Shown here piece after piece: positions 9,639 through 19,324 of a stretch of 64,000 nucleotides of DNA. The translations under genes were made by a program, and so were the position numbers. Under the pieces are notes generated by a model. The model had not been told where the DNA came from and did no database searches. It worked only from the letters and a program-made list of their open reading frames with translations. Positions within the stretch are counted from its first letter, which is position 1, and each line of letters opens with the position of its first letter. The stretch is from an uncultured virus (IMG/VR IMGVR_UViG_3300022198_000005) (taxonomy: Duplodnaviria > Heunggongvirae > Uroviricota > Caudoviricetes), in IMG/VR virus record IMGVR_UViG_3300022198_000005; one strand, 5' to 3'.

Positions 9639-10312
9639 TTCGATACATTCTCAGGAGTGAATGGTATGTTCATGATCAAGTGAATGCTGTCGTTCGCCCA
9701 GCTGATGGTGCGATGCATCCTTCTCGTATTGATATAGTATGCCCGACCTAACTCAATGTTGATCTTCTTATCATCGACCAACCAATCATACTCATAAGGA
9801 CCACACTTGTTTAAAAACACTGCGACTCGAAAGGTCTCACGTGGCATGTAAGGTTGGTCACGGTGCGGTACAAAGAAACCGCCAATGCCGCAGTTGACCA
9901 AGAACGTACGACCAAGCGGAGAGAAGTAGTCAAGCAGAGGGTGCAGGCTTTCGCACGCATCATATACTTCTGTGCGTTCATTAAAGTCTGCTTCGCTTAG
10001 TCTACGCTTTGCTTCTAAACATGCTTGAGGCAAGCTTGGGTTGTCTTGATGTGATTTTCCAGGTAAGTTAGAGAGCACTAAACCTTTACGATTGTTACGT
10101 ACGTCTGTACGAGGTAAGTAGTCTACCCAGTCATTCTTGAAGAATGAGATTTCTTTCATGAACTGACCGACGTTTAACTTGAAGTCAAGAGGTTCAAAGT
10201 CTCCTAAGTTATTCAGAGCCAACTCACACGCGATGTCTTGCACTGTACAAGTACTAAAGTCTTGTACAACCTCTCTACCACTTACGCCAGGCGGAACGAC
10301 TTGATTATCCAC
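9608..10312 (-). CDS. Aspartyl/asparaginyl beta-hydroxylase-like 2OG-Fe(II) oxygenase
   Basis: PHRD...GRAYYINTRRMH...IHLI; start uncertain (GTG 10312 chosen to minimise overlap). Confidence 0.65.
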   Translation of the reverse strand: MDNQVVPPGVSGREVVQDFSTCTVQDIACELALNNLGDFEPLDFKLNVGQFMKEISFFKNDWVDYLPRTDVRNNRKGLVLSNLPGKSHQDNPSLPQACLEAKRRLSEADFNERTEVYDACESLHPLLDYFSPLGRTFLVNCGIGGFFVPHRDQPYMPRETFRVAVFLNKCGPYEYDWLVDDKKINIELGRAYYINTRRMHRTISWANDSIHLIMNIPFTPENVSKCIAKLQHRH

Positions 10313-10976
10313 GGAAAAGCTGCCTATTGTTATATTCCTTGATGGTATCAAGGAGGAGTTCAGTATAGTTATCGCGATGCTCTTTGAACACGAGAGGTTT
10401 TTCATGGTCTACATCCATGACCACTACCGTATTCGTGATGGGCATACCAGTGCGTTCTTCCCACATGATCGCATACGCAGACATCTGAGCAAAGTAGTTA
10501 GAGATCTTATCCTTTTCTTTGATCCTACGAGAGGTTTTAAAGTCTATGATTGAAGGTACACCGTCGAACTGAGCAACGCAATCACAACGCCCAGCCAAGC
10601 CAAGGTGCCTAGAATAAAGAGGACTTTCAATCCCATATATGGGACCAACCCGAGAGTCCAATATCGGCTTAAGGTTCGCAAAGCTTTGTTGTATGTGTGG
10701 GAGATAGTCAGATGTGTCTTCATTCTTTAGATATTTTTCAACGATAGCATGTACAGAAGTGCCTCTCGCTGAGGCACGATTACTCACGCGATTGGCTTCA
10801 TCTTCGCCCACTCTTGCGCGCCATTCTCTGATCGACTGTTCAGTTAATATGCCAAGCACTGTAGTAACAGAAGGATACTTATGCCCATTAGGGTCAACGT
10901 ATCTCCTGCCACCAGATTCTGAAGTTTCGACATTAAGGTCTTCATAACCAAGATCAATGAATTCATGTTTAAACAT
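10305..10976 (-). CDS. PD-(D/E)xK exonuclease (T4-like phage Cas4/RecB-like)
   Basis: YPSVTTVL, RGTSVH, AGRCD, IIDFKTS, QMSAY. Confidence 0.85.
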   Translation of the reverse strand: MFKHEFIDLGYEDLNVETSESGGRRYVDPNGHKYPSVTTVLGILTEQSIREWRARVGEDEANRVSNRASARGTSVHAIVEKYLKNEDTSDYLPHIQQSFANLKPILDSRVGPIYGIESPLYSRHLGLAGRCDCVAQFDGVPSIIDFKTSRRIKEKDKISNYFAQMSAYAIMWEERTGMPITNTVVVMDVDHEKPLVFKEHRDNYTELLLDTIKEYNNRQLFRG

Positions 10977-11311
10977 TATAAGAAGTTTTTTGTATCAGCA
11001 AATTCTTTATATTTAACACCGTACCCAAGAGCGCACATCTTTCCTTGTAAGACTTCAAAGTAAGTCCAATCTTTTGTTTCAGGATGTAAGGTAATAAACA
11101 TCTCTGTCGTAAAAGGTTGGCCGTTGACGTTCCTTATGCTTACACCACCACCTATGATCTTTTCTCCTGACCTCTCGAGGAAGATAGAGAACTTATCAAG
11201 AGCCATGCACTCTGGTACGATCCTTGGACCATATTCGGTCGGTTGAGCCTCAGCTGGGAGCTGATGGAGTAAGATAGCGAGCGCCGCAATGACGGCGAGT
11301 ATGGTTTTCAT
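10976..11311 (-). CDS. Secreted hypothetical protein
   Basis: Signal peptide (MKTILAVIAALAILL...AEA), two Cys. Confidence 0.6.
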   Translation of the reverse strand: MKTILAVIAALAILLHQLPAEAQPTEYGPRIVPECMALDKFSIFLERSGEKIIGGGVSIRNVNGQPFTTEMFITLHPETKDWTYFEVLQGKMCALGYGVKYKEFADTKNFL

Positions 11312-11988
11312 TTAACACCTAACATTTCCTTTGTCATGATATAATCGCGGACCAAACCTGATCGAACGATGTCGTCCCAGCCAAACGTCACGACTGAAAA
11401 GTAATTTAGCTGGTCGACGATACGAAGAAACTTCATAACGCCGTCGCGTTCATTATCGTTTGTAAAGTCTGACTGGAGATAGTCTCCACAGAAAATGATA
11501 CGACAATTTTCGCCTACCCTTGTCATCACTGAATCGAGCTCGTGGAAATTCAGGTTCTGCATCTCATCGACGATGATGATGGTGCGGTGAAATGTGGTGC
11601 CTCGGATGAAAGACGTCGTTTCGAAGTCGATCTGATGGTTATTCTTTAACTTACTGTACGCCGAGGAATCTCGAAAGAGCTCTTCACAAATGTATTTATA
11701 AGGAGTTTCATAACTCGCTTTCTTCTCTTCGACTGTACCAGGCAAAAAGCCCATATCTCTCACAGGTACTACGGATCGAATGATGACTACTCGATCATAT
11801 ACACTTGACTTATCAAGGATTTCTTCAAGTGCAAGGTACAAAGCAACAAAGGTCTTACCTGTGCCTGCAGATCCAACCATCACGATATTATCACCATCAT
11901 CCCAAGCGTCATATACTTTCACTTGGTTCTTGGTGATAGCCTCAAACTGAGGCAAATCTGTATCTTTTAGTTTAGCTGCGTTACTCAT
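11308..11988 (-). CDS. phoH: PhoH-family ATPase
   Basis: GSAGTGKT, GFLPG, FIRGTTF, VDEMQN, CGDYLQSD, DIVRS. Confidence 0.95.
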   Translation of the reverse strand: MSNAAKLKDTDLPQFEAITKNQVKVYDAWDDGDNIVMVGSAGTGKTFVALYLALEEILDKSSVYDRVVIIRSVVPVRDMGFLPGTVEEKKASYETPYKYICEELFRDSSAYSKLKNNHQIDFETTSFIRGTTFHRTIIIVDEMQNLNFHELDSVMTRVGENCRIIFCGDYLQSDFTNDNERDGVMKFLRIVDQLNYFSVVTFGWDDIVRSGLVRDYIMTKEMLGVK

Positions 11989-12227
11989 CGTTTAATCGTG
12001 TTCCCTCGCCCTGAACCCTTTTGAATCCTACCTAACAACTCATTCCAACCACTACCAGCTCTACGTAAAGTAGACTTTGAATCTGATATAAGTTCTGGAG
12101 CTTTACCAGTGTTCCAAACTCGAATGATGTCAGGGTTTTCGTCTAACATGATCTGTAAGTCATCCCAAGAACAACGAACGTCCCATTCATGATTATTACT
12201 AATGTCTTTAAGCGTATACGTCGGCAC
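11985..12227 (-). CDS. Conserved T4-like hypothetical protein (FmdB-like)
   Basis: MPTYT N-terminus, GW-x-E-L-L-x-RI C-terminus; upstream of phoH. Confidence 0.6.
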   Translation of the reverse strand: MPTYTLKDISNNHEWDVRCSWDDLQIMLDENPDIIRVWNTGKAPELISDSKSTLRRAGSGWNELLGRIQKGSGRGNTIKR

Positions 12228-12771
12228 GAAACCACTCCGGTATCTCTCGGTTTGTCCACTTCATGGAGAACCGAGCAAGTTTAGTTTTGTAAAAAGCACG
12301 ATATGATTCAACAGGATCATCAAGCATACACTCGGGATTTGCCTTCATCGCAAGAGCAAAGGGCGTAAGACCTTTTGCAGTAAGTCCCTTCGGGTGTTTC
12401 CTCAATATCTCCTTCAACTTTTTCTCTGTCTCGTGCACCCTCGAATATCTATGCGTGTACTCATCACACAAAGCGACAAAGTGTTTAAAGTGCCACTCAT
12501 AGTTACAAGAAGTCTGTGCAGTCCATGCTGTACAAGGATGTTTGAGATGAACTACTCGATACAGTATACGATCGAGCTCTGGATCTGGATGGCGCCAGTT
12601 CTTGACCTCACGAAGTCCCGATTTAGAAGGACAAAGGTAGACGTCACCATCAATATAGCGATGGACAGTTGATAGCATCTGCGCTGACTCCACGATCATC
12701 TTGACAACATGCTTATCACATTGGAGTTGGGCGGCCAGGACAGGATCCCGATCAAGTACAAATATATTCAT
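12208..12771 (-). CDS. Pyrimidine dimer DNA glycosylase / endonuclease V-like
   Basis: MNIFVLD...CDKHVVKMIVESAQMLST...HPC...EYTHRY...YRAFY. Confidence 0.75.
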   Translation of the reverse strand: MNIFVLDRDPVLAAQLQCDKHVVKMIVESAQMLSTVHRYIDGDVYLCPSKSGLREVKNWRHPDPELDRILYRVVHLKHPCTAWTAQTSCNYEWHFKHFVALCDEYTHRYSRVHETEKKLKEILRKHPKGLTAKGLTPFALAMKANPECMLDDPVESYRAFYKTKLARFSMKWTNREIPEWFRADVYA

Positions 12772-12778
12772 AATGAAA

Positions 12779-12824
12779 AACCCCTACAAGTCATGGTGTT
12801 ATTATACCATAAAATGTAGGGGTT
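12779..12824 (-). terminator. Hairpin/terminator that encloses a promoter -10 box
   Basis: AACCCCTACA...TGTAGGGGTT inverted repeat followed by a T-run on the minus strand. Confidence 0.55.
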
Positions 12825-12829
12825 GTACA
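12801..12829 (-). promoter_or_regulatory. Sigma70-like promoter
   Basis: TGTACA-N17-TATAAT (extended TG-N -10). Confidence 0.75.
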
Positions 12830-12845
12830 CTCCTATGTTAGACCG

Positions 12846-13004
12846 TTAATGAAGTTGACTTGTCTCAATTCGTTGACTAATGAACTGCTGCTTCCTCTGT
12901 ATTCGTTTCATCTTTTCGATATCGCCACGTTTTTGCAGGCGCTTTACGTATATTTCGAGATCAGAGTAATCTTTCTTTAGTCTATCGACTTGATTCAATA
13001 CCAT
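12846..13004 (-). CDS. Small coiled-coil hypothetical protein (52 aa)
   Basis: Manually translated MVLNQVDRLKKDYSDLE...; AGGAG upstream. Confidence 0.6.
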   Translation of the reverse strand: MVLNQVDRLKKDYSDLEIYVKRLQKRGDIEKMKRIQRKQQFISQRIETSQLH

Positions 13005-13033
13005 AGGTCATAGTCTCCTGTTAATAGTTGAAC

Positions 13034-13465
13034 TTAATCATCACGAAGTAGACCGGGAAATGCCTCCTTTACAAGTGGTCGTGTCAATCCTTTTGGGGTC
13101 TTTTTGTTTATCATATCAACAACAAGCTTAGCATCCTCTGGATGTATGCCTTCTATCAAACCAATGAACAGCTGCTCTCGCTTGAAAGCAGGTAGTTTAG
13201 ATCCTTTGCCACCCTGTACAAAGTTGGCGAACTTTGAATTCTCTTTGAGTAGGTTTGTAGGTGCACTCTCAGCCCGTGATGGTTTATAGGGCGGTGTGCC
13301 TTCAGGTAAGTTCCACTTGACTGTGGAATCCATAGAGCCTCTGATGATGTCTTTCAGGGCCCAAGACTCGTTATCTTTTAAGACTTTAATCTTCTCAGCC
13401 TTCGACTTCTTCTTACTTACGGCCTCGAGGACCTCGTGGACCATAAGGTTAGTTACGTATGCCAT
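13034..13465 (-). CDS. Conserved T4-like hypothetical protein
   Basis: LPEGTPPY, KREQLFIGLIEGIHPEDA, VKEAFP; follows RNase H. Confidence 0.75.
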   Translation of the reverse strand: MAYVTNLMVHEVLEAVSKKKSKAEKIKVLKDNESWALKDIIRGSMDSTVKWNLPEGTPPYKPSRAESAPTNLLKENSKFANFVQGGKGSKLPAFKREQLFIGLIEGIHPEDAKLVVDMINKKTPKGLTRPLVKEAFPGLLRDD

Positions 13466-13466
13466 A

Positions 13467-14315
13467 TTAAAACTCCGCTACAGATTCAATCAACATCTTG
13501 CATCTTTTATTTATCAAATAAGGCAGTACCATACTACCTTTCCCAATCGGATCTTTTTCGTACGACTCGAGGATCATTTCCTTGAGATGATCTGGCGTAT
13601 AAGACAGATCGATCAACCGTTCGTTACGCTGGTAGTTCCGATACCATGAAGCTGCGTATAACAACTCTCCTTCATGCAGATCATCGATGATGGCTTCCAT
13701 CTTCTTCTTACTGACAGGAGTTTGACGAATACCCTCAACGAATACGTCGTCATTCGAAAGGACATTAGGTACACCATCACTAGTATCACCTTTAATGATA
13801 TGCTCTTGCAAGAACCTCCGCGGATGTGGTTCTTTTATAAACTTCTTAGTCAACGGGCTAAACTGACCCACATTATCAAACTTCTGCAGCTGAGCAAAGT
13901 CTTTATCTGCAGAGATAATCATGACGTCTTCATATTGACCGAACTCATTGGTATTATGCACCAGAGTGGCGATCACGTCATCAGCCTCACAACCTTCTAT
14001 ATGTATTACCTTGTAAGGGAAGTTTTCTTTGATCTCTTCGCGAATCATGTTAAGGAGCCGAAATGCTTCGTCCCAGTTAAAGTCTGACTTGTCGCGGTTC
14101 TTACGACGATTCGCTTTGTACTGGGGAAATACACCTCTACGCCAGTTATTGGCGCCATCGGCCGCGATGATGACTTCGCCGTACTCTTCCTTAGGAAACT
14201 TAGCACGGTACATGCGGATGGTGTTAAGGATCATGTGTCGAATGAGATCTTCACTCAACGTCTTCTCGATGATGATTGAACCGAGAGCAATTCCATTGTA
14301 GTCATAAATTAGCAT
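13467..14315 (-). CDS. rnh: T4-type RNase H (5'-3' exonuclease)
   Basis: WRR...YKANR, EADDVI, SADKDFAQL, GDTSDGVPN, RNERLIDL. Confidence 0.92.
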   Translation of the reverse strand: MLIYDYNGIALGSIIIEKTLSEDLIRHMILNTIRMYRAKFPKEEYGEVIIAADGANNWRRGVFPQYKANRRKNRDKSDFNWDEAFRLLNMIREEIKENFPYKVIHIEGCEADDVIATLVHNTNEFGQYEDVMIISADKDFAQLQKFDNVGQFSPLTKKFIKEPHPRRFLQEHIIKGDTSDGVPNVLSNDDVFVEGIRQTPVSKKKMEAIIDDLHEGELLYAASWYRNYQRNERLIDLSYTPDHLKEMILESYEKDPIGKGSMVLPYLINKRCKMLIESVAEF

Positions 14316-14362
14316 AATAAACTTTCTAGGGGTATTCCACCTCTGCCTGATCTGGTATAAGG

Positions 14363-14391
14363 ATTATACACCCAAATCTGAGACTTGTACA
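14363..14391 (-). promoter_or_regulatory. Sigma70-like promoter
   Basis: TGTACA-N17-TATAAT. Confidence 0.75.
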
Positions 14392-14394
14392 TGC

Positions 14395-14796
14395 TTAAAT
14401 CTTCAAATGAGACGCATTTATCTTACAGGATATAAACTCGTTGTAATACTTTGGATTTACAAGTACATCATACTGGAACTGAAGCTTGGCCTCATAGTAT
14501 GAGCACTCGCCTTTGGTCTTACAAAGGTGAAGGATCTCTCTCTTATAATTATCTCTGCCTTTGGCTTCGACCAACTGCTTGACGAGTTTGTTTGATCCAT
14601 AATAGTCTCGCCAATCAGACTCTATACGAGTACGTACACGTCGCTTCCGAGTCTTGGTGATGCCTAAGACTTTTGGTTTCCAGAAGAACTTCTTACCAAT
14701 GTACATCATACCGGTATCAAGTTCAGTGATACAATAGACAAATCCTTGGTATTCTTTAGGAGTATCTTCAAGCGGTTCGTTCTTGTATAGCCACAT
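14395..14796 (-). CDS. GIY-YIG (Seg-like) endonuclease
   Basis: GFVYCIT...YIGKK...YYGS...REIL...E...YYN. Confidence 0.8.
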   Translation of the reverse strand: MWLYKNEPLEDTPKEYQGFVYCITELDTGMMYIGKKFFWKPKVLGITKTRKRRVRTRIESDWRDYYGSNKLVKQLVEAKGRDNYKREILHLCKTKGECSYYEAKLQFQYDVLVNPKYYNEFISCKINASHLKI

Positions 14797-15145
14797 CTAT
14801 ATTTTCTAACTTTAATCTTTCTACCACGTCTTCATCACACGTAATGATACTCAACGCGCAGTTTTTTCCATATAATTCTGTAGCTCGTTTTTTTACGGCG
14901 CTTTTCATATCATGAAAGTTTTTACCTTGACCTAAGAACTCACTGCTTTCTTTTTCCCAGCAATACATTTGTTCTTGATGAAGCTCTACTATGCACGTAA
15001 GTTGTACTTCTTCTTCATCATCATCTTCGTACATCTCTTCAAGCTGCATCTCGATCTGCTTCCTTTGTACCCATGCACCAAGACGCATGGCCAAAAGCAG
15101 ACAAACTGCCCAAAGAATGTAATCAAGTATCATCGTAGTCGTCAT
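14768..15145 (-). CDS. Membrane-anchored hypothetical protein
   Basis: N-terminal hydrophobic helix, FLGQG motif. Confidence 0.6.
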   Translation of the reverse strand: MTTTMILDYILWAVCLLLAMRLGAWVQRKQIEMQLEEMYEDDDEEEVQLTCIVELHQEQMYCWEKESSEFLGQGKNFHDMKSAVKKRATELYGKNCALSIITCDEDVVERLKLENIDVAIQERTA

Positions 15146-15275
15146 CCTCGTCTACTTCTTCAATGTCCTGCCTTCTACCACACATTGGGCAGAAGGAAGG
15201 TTCGTCTACTGTGTATTGTGTTAGGATGGTTGATACGTTGTCGCACTCTTCACATTCTACACGGTATTCTCTCAT
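15123..15275 (-). CDS. Small zinc-ribbon/rubredoxin-like protein (50 aa)
   Basis: Manually translated MREYRVECEECDN...FCPMCG...DEDDDYDDT; ATGA overlap with the nrdB stop. Confidence 0.7.
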   Translation of the reverse strand: MREYRVECEECDNVSTILTQYTVDEPSFCPMCGRRQDIEEVDEDDDYDDT

Positions 15276-16240
15276 GCTGCAAGCCTTTCCTCTTCCCAGC
15301 CCCAGTCACCTTCCATACCGGTAACCGAGTATTCTGTGACACGCTTCTCGAAGAAGTTATCGTGAGAAGCACCGTTCAACACCCAATCTAACCATGGCAG
15401 TGGGTTGTCTTTCACTTTAAACTTTGGTTTAAGACCAAGCTGTAGCAGACGACGATCAGCGATATGACGAATATAAAGTTTAACTTCATCTCTTGTGAGT
15501 CCTTGTACGTCGGATCCATTAAAGGCAAGAGCAACAAACTTGTCTTCAAGTTCAACTGCTCGTTTTGCCATATCATAGATCTTTGACTTGAGTTCATCAT
15601 TTACGATTCTCGGATGCTCATCACAAAGCGTACGGAACAACTTAGCATTACCTTGTACGTGAATCGTCTCGTCACGAATAGACCATTCAACGATAGTGCC
15701 CATACCCTTCATCTTACCAAAGCGCTGGAAGTTCAGCAACATGACAAACGAAGAGAAGAGCGACATTCCTTCATTGAACACGGATTGTGCGAGTGTAAGA
15801 GCAAGATCTGTCTGCGTTTGGATCTTACCCTCTGACATGAAGTCAATCTTGTCAGCCATCGCCTTGTACTCGAGGAACTTATGATACTCCTCGTCAGGCA
15901 AACCGAGTGTGTCGTTTAATAGAGCGTAGGCTCTTTGATGTACAGTCTCTCTCGCGGCGAAAGAAGAGAGCATGTTTCTGACTTCATTGTTCTTGAATTT
16001 GGGGATGAGAAACTCGTGATAGTTTTCACCCACCTGGACATCGGACTGAGTAAACAGACGTAAAACCTGAGTGATAAATTCCTTCTCATCAGCAGTAAGT
16101 TTAGTGCGCCAATCCTGTACATCTTCTGAAAGTTCCGCTTCATCTTCGACCCAGTGTATCTCTTCATGTTTCTTTGCCAGTTCTACCGCCCACGGATACG
16201 TGAACGGCTTATAAGTTCTCGATTGTTTGAATAGTGACAT
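15272..16240 (-). CDS. nrdB: Ribonucleotide reductase class Ia beta subunit
   Basis: FTQSD, RETVHQRAY, EGMSLFSSF, RDETIH, NFFEKRVTEY. Confidence 0.95.
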   Translation of the reverse strand: MSLFKQSRTYKPFTYPWAVELAKKHEEIHWVEDEAELSEDVQDWRTKLTADEKEFITQVLRLFTQSDVQVGENYHEFLIPKFKNNEVRNMLSSFAARETVHQRAYALLNDTLGLPDEEYHKFLEYKAMADKIDFMSEGKIQTQTDLALTLAQSVFNEGMSLFSSFVMLLNFQRFGKMKGMGTIVEWSIRDETIHVQGNAKLFRTLCDEHPRIVNDELKSKIYDMAKRAVELEDKFVALAFNGSDVQGLTRDEVKLYIRHIADRRLLQLGLKPKFKVKDNPLPWLDWVLNGASHDNFFEKRVTEYSVTGMEGDWGWEEERLAA

Positions 16241-18235
16241 TTATCCCTCGCATGCTCGACACTCATCGCCATCAGCAGCGATAAGTTCTGGTTGTGTGTT
16301 GTTTAAGTGTTCCATGAGTTGTTCATAACCACCAACGTATTTACCTTCAACGTAGATCTGCGGTACGGTCTTCACATCACGTCCTGTGACCTCTCTCGCA
16401 GTCTTGCCAATTTCTTGTAGATCGATATAGTCAAAGTGAATGCCTCGTACAGCAAGCTCTTCCTTTGCCTTTGCACACCACGGGCAATCCATCTTACCAT
16501 ATACGATCGTTCGTGTATCATCTTGTAGAGCAACACGTTCTACCTTCTCAGATACGTTCTCAGCGCGTGCCTTTGATTCTGTACGTAAGTAATACAAGCC
16601 CTTCAAGCCTTCTTTCCATGCTTTCAGGTGCACCTTATTTACATAAGAACGTGGTGCACCAGAGGGGAAGAATAAGTTCACTGACTGACCTTGACAGATG
16701 TACTTCTGCCGATCAGCCGCGTGTTGGATTATCCACTCTTGGTTGAGTTCGTCAGCAGTCTTAAATATCGCCTTTTCACCTTCCGTAAGGAATGGCAAGT
16801 GCTGTACCGATCCTTTATTTGTGATAATGCTTGTCCAATTCGATTCGTTGTTTTCTCCATGTTGATCAAGTACCTTTTCTAAGTATCTGTTCTTGACAAG
16901 GAATGAACCGGCTCGAGTGCGATGCGTATAAGCATTTGCTTTATTGGGTTCTATGCTAGGACTTGTAGCAAGGATAACACCAGAAGAAGCATTAGGAGCG
17001 ATTGCAAGCAAATGTGCGTGACGATTACCAGAACCGATGCCATCGAGATATTCGCCTCGGTCCACAGCCAATCGTCGAGTTTGTTCAACAGCTTTATCTT
17101 TGACATGTTTAAACACTACATAGTTGATTTCTCTTGCGAGCTCTGATTCCCATGCAACTCCTTGTCGTTGTAGAAGTGAGTGGAATCCCATGGCTCCCAA
17201 TCCAATTGATCTTTCTCTTTCGGCTGAGTACCGAGCTCTGGAAATTTCATCAGGAGCGTTTTCGATAAAATACTCAAGTACATTGTCCAACATAGTGACG
17301 AGGTCTTCGACAATGGTCGTATTCTTCCAATCCTCATAGAACTCAAGATTAAGAGACGAAAGGCAACATACCGCAGTGCGATCAGGACCGGTAGGTAGAT
17401 GGATTTCATTACAAAGGTTCGAGCCATGGATCTTTAATCCTTTCTCTTTCAAAGGTTGCGGTAAAAACTCATTTGCACGGTCAATGAAGTTGAGGTACGG
17501 TTCACCTGTGCGGAATCGAATCTCGATAAGACGTTCCCACAACTTACGTGCACTGATCTCTTCTGTCACCTTACCGTCGTGCGGATCTTTCAGCTGCCAC
17601 ATCTCACCAGCCACGACTGCTTTCATGAAGTCATCACTGATATTGATCGCATTATGTAAGTTCAATGCCTTACGCTGTACATCACCCGTAGGGATACGTA
17701 GGTTCATGAACTCTACCACATCAGGGTGAGAGATGTCCATATACGCAGCGTATGAACCCTTACGAGTCTTACCTTGACGATACGCGATCATGTCTGCATC
17801 GACAGTGTGCAAGAACGGGATGGGACCAGGAGCCTTATCAGTTACAGAGCGAACGTCTGACCAGTGGCCACCGACACCACCGCCAAAGACTGACAGCCAA
17901 CGCAACTCGCTTGAGTGCGAGATCAAGCCTTCGAGTGTATCTGGTACATAAGTGAGGAAACAAGAAATGGGCAAACCCTTATCTTTCTTGGTCCCGTTAG
18001 GAGCGTTTGATAATACAGGACTTGCAAACATGAACCACTTCTTGCTCACATAGTCATACAATCTTTGTGCTAGTCCTTCATCGACTTGGCCTTTGTAAGT
18101 TGACCAAGCTTGTGAAGCTCTTGAGAAAGCTTCTTGGGGAGACTTCTCATATTCACGCATATAGAAGTCTTTCAACATACCGATAGCATAATCGGTCAAT
18201 AGTTCATCTCTGTCTCTCGACAAACGAATAGGCAT
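16241..18235 (-). CDS. nrdA: Ribonucleotide reductase class Ia alpha subunit with C-terminal glutaredoxin domain
   Basis: PISCFL, SNLCNEI, VCCLSS, APNASS, LYYLR; CPWC...TVPQI...GG; terminal CRACEG. Confidence 0.95.
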   Translation of the reverse strand: MPIRLSRDRDELLTDYAIGMLKDFYMREYEKSPQEAFSRASQAWSTYKGQVDEGLAQRLYDYVSKKWFMFASPVLSNAPNGTKKDKGLPISCFLTYVPDTLEGLISHSSELRWLSVFGGGVGGHWSDVRSVTDKAPGPIPFLHTVDADMIAYRQGKTRKGSYAAYMDISHPDVVEFMNLRIPTGDVQRKALNLHNAINISDDFMKAVVAGEMWQLKDPHDGKVTEEISARKLWERLIEIRFRTGEPYLNFIDRANEFLPQPLKEKGLKIHGSNLCNEIHLPTGPDRTAVCCLSSLNLEFYEDWKNTTIVEDLVTMLDNVLEYFIENAPDEISRARYSAERERSIGLGAMGFHSLLQRQGVAWESELAREINYVVFKHVKDKAVEQTRRLAVDRGEYLDGIGSGNRHAHLLAIAPNASSGVILATSPSIEPNKANAYTHRTRAGSFLVKNRYLEKVLDQHGENNESNWTSIITNKGSVQHLPFLTEGEKAIFKTADELNQEWIIQHAADRQKYICQGQSVNLFFPSGAPRSYVNKVHLKAWKEGLKGLYYLRTESKARAENVSEKVERVALQDDTRTIVYGKMDCPWCAKAKEELAVRGIHFDYIDLQEIGKTAREVTGRDVKTVPQIYVEGKYVGGYEQLMEHLNNTQPELIAADGDECRACEG

Positions 18236-18286
18236 AGTGTTCCCTTACGCCCGAGTGGACGTGGTTTATTGTTTTCTGGAGGTAGT

Positions 18287-18315
18287 ATTATATATTAAAA
18301 CGTCACTTTTGTACA
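18287..18315 (-). promoter_or_regulatory. Sigma70-like promoter of nrdAB
   Basis: TGTACA-N17-TATAAT. Confidence 0.7.
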
Positions 18316-18546
18316 TCAAACCAATTTCATACAACCTGAAATTGCCATGACCAGTGCTGACTTGACGTTTATATCATCTGCCTCAGAATTTAATACATCA
18401 GTATTAATGAGGTCTTGGAGTAGAGCATTAAACTCATCAGTGGAGACTTCGCCCTTTGCGTGTTGATCGTGAAGCTCAAGTGCTATAGCTGCTCTTTGTT
18501 CTGCCCATGGGGAACCACATGTCAGAAGGTTTCTTAGTTCATCCAT
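18316..18546 (-). CDS. Hypothetical protein
   Basis: 76-aa ORF, TAATG-coupled to the upstream gene. Confidence 0.6.
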   Translation of the reverse strand: MDELRNLLTCGSPWAEQRAAIALELHDQHAKGEVSTDEFNALLQDLINTDVLNSEADDINVKSALVMAISGCMKLV

Positions 18547-18932
18547 TAAAATCTCCAGTGAACTGCGTTTGCGGCTTTATCAGCCTGAACCTTAATGATC
18601 TTCTTCTTTAATTCACAGTATGCTTTGCTTGGGTTCTCTCTTCCGTCCCATTCTGCGACGGTCTTCTTCATCGGTTCTATCATCCGCAGAACATCCTTTT
18701 GAGCAGAGCCTTTGCTATCACTATATAGTTCAAACCATTGTATATCTCTCGCCAGTGCTGATGACCAGTACTTCTGAGTGATCACGTCTGTGCAATCAAT
18801 ATTGTGTGCCTTTTGTCTAATATCTATAATCTTAGCACTTTGATTATCATCCCAAAAACTTGGTATCCACTCTTGAATCGCAGCGCAGCCAGTTAAAGAT
18901 ACTGATAAGACGAGCGCGGTAATTAACTTCAT
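18546..18932 (-). CDS. Putative lipoprotein
   Basis: Lipobox LTGC after a hydrophobic stretch. Confidence 0.65.
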   Translation of the reverse strand: MKLITALVLSVSLTGCAAIQEWIPSFWDDNQSAKIIDIRQKAHNIDCTDVITQKYWSSALARDIQWFELYSDSKGSAQKDVLRMIEPMKKTVAEWDGRENPSKAYCELKKKIIKVQADKAANAVHWRF

Positions 18933-19324
18933 TTCTTTTCCTCTTCTTTCTTTTCTGGCTCATAGTATTCCCGATATCGCATGATGATGGAACGTTGCGT
19001 TGCTAGCAAGTTACGGACCTCTGCGATAGTCATGGAGAGTTGAGCATACCCATCATCAGTCAATGCAAAGACGACAGGATCAATGCCTTGTTTGGCAAGT
19101 TCCTCGAACGTCTGCTCATAGTTCTCACGAGTGATGATTAGGAACTTGATGTTTCGTGCCTGTAGGGGCGCGGGATCTGGGAGTTTAAGCGGCGTCTTCT
19201 CTACAGCTTTTGTCTGTATCTGTACTTGTTTGACCTCAGGCGTACTCTTGCCGAACGGCCAAAGAGAACCACATCCACTAATTAAGAGGGCTAAAGGAAG
19301 GATTGATAAGTGCCGGACATTCAC
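18929..19324 (-). CDS. Outer-membrane spanin (o-spanin) lipoprotein
   Basis: Lipobox ISGC, Pro-rich segment, C-terminal coiled coil ending YREYYE; overlaps the i-spanin. Confidence 0.75.
   Translation of the reverse strand: MNVRHLSILPLALLISGCGSLWPFGKSTPEVKQVQIQTKAVEKTPLKLPDPAPLQARNIKFLIITRENYEQTFEELAKQGIDPVVFALTDDGYAQLSMTIAEVRNLLATQRSIIMRYREYYEPEKKEEEKK

Noticed and set aside
10305..10976. Cas4 as part of a CRISPR system
   Set aside because: No cas neighbours or array, and no Fe-S Cys set; a standard T4-like exonuclease
15272..18235. Intron or intein in nrdA/nrdB associated with the nearby GIY-YIG gene
   Set aside because: Both ORFs are continuous and of normal length; the endonuclease is free-standing
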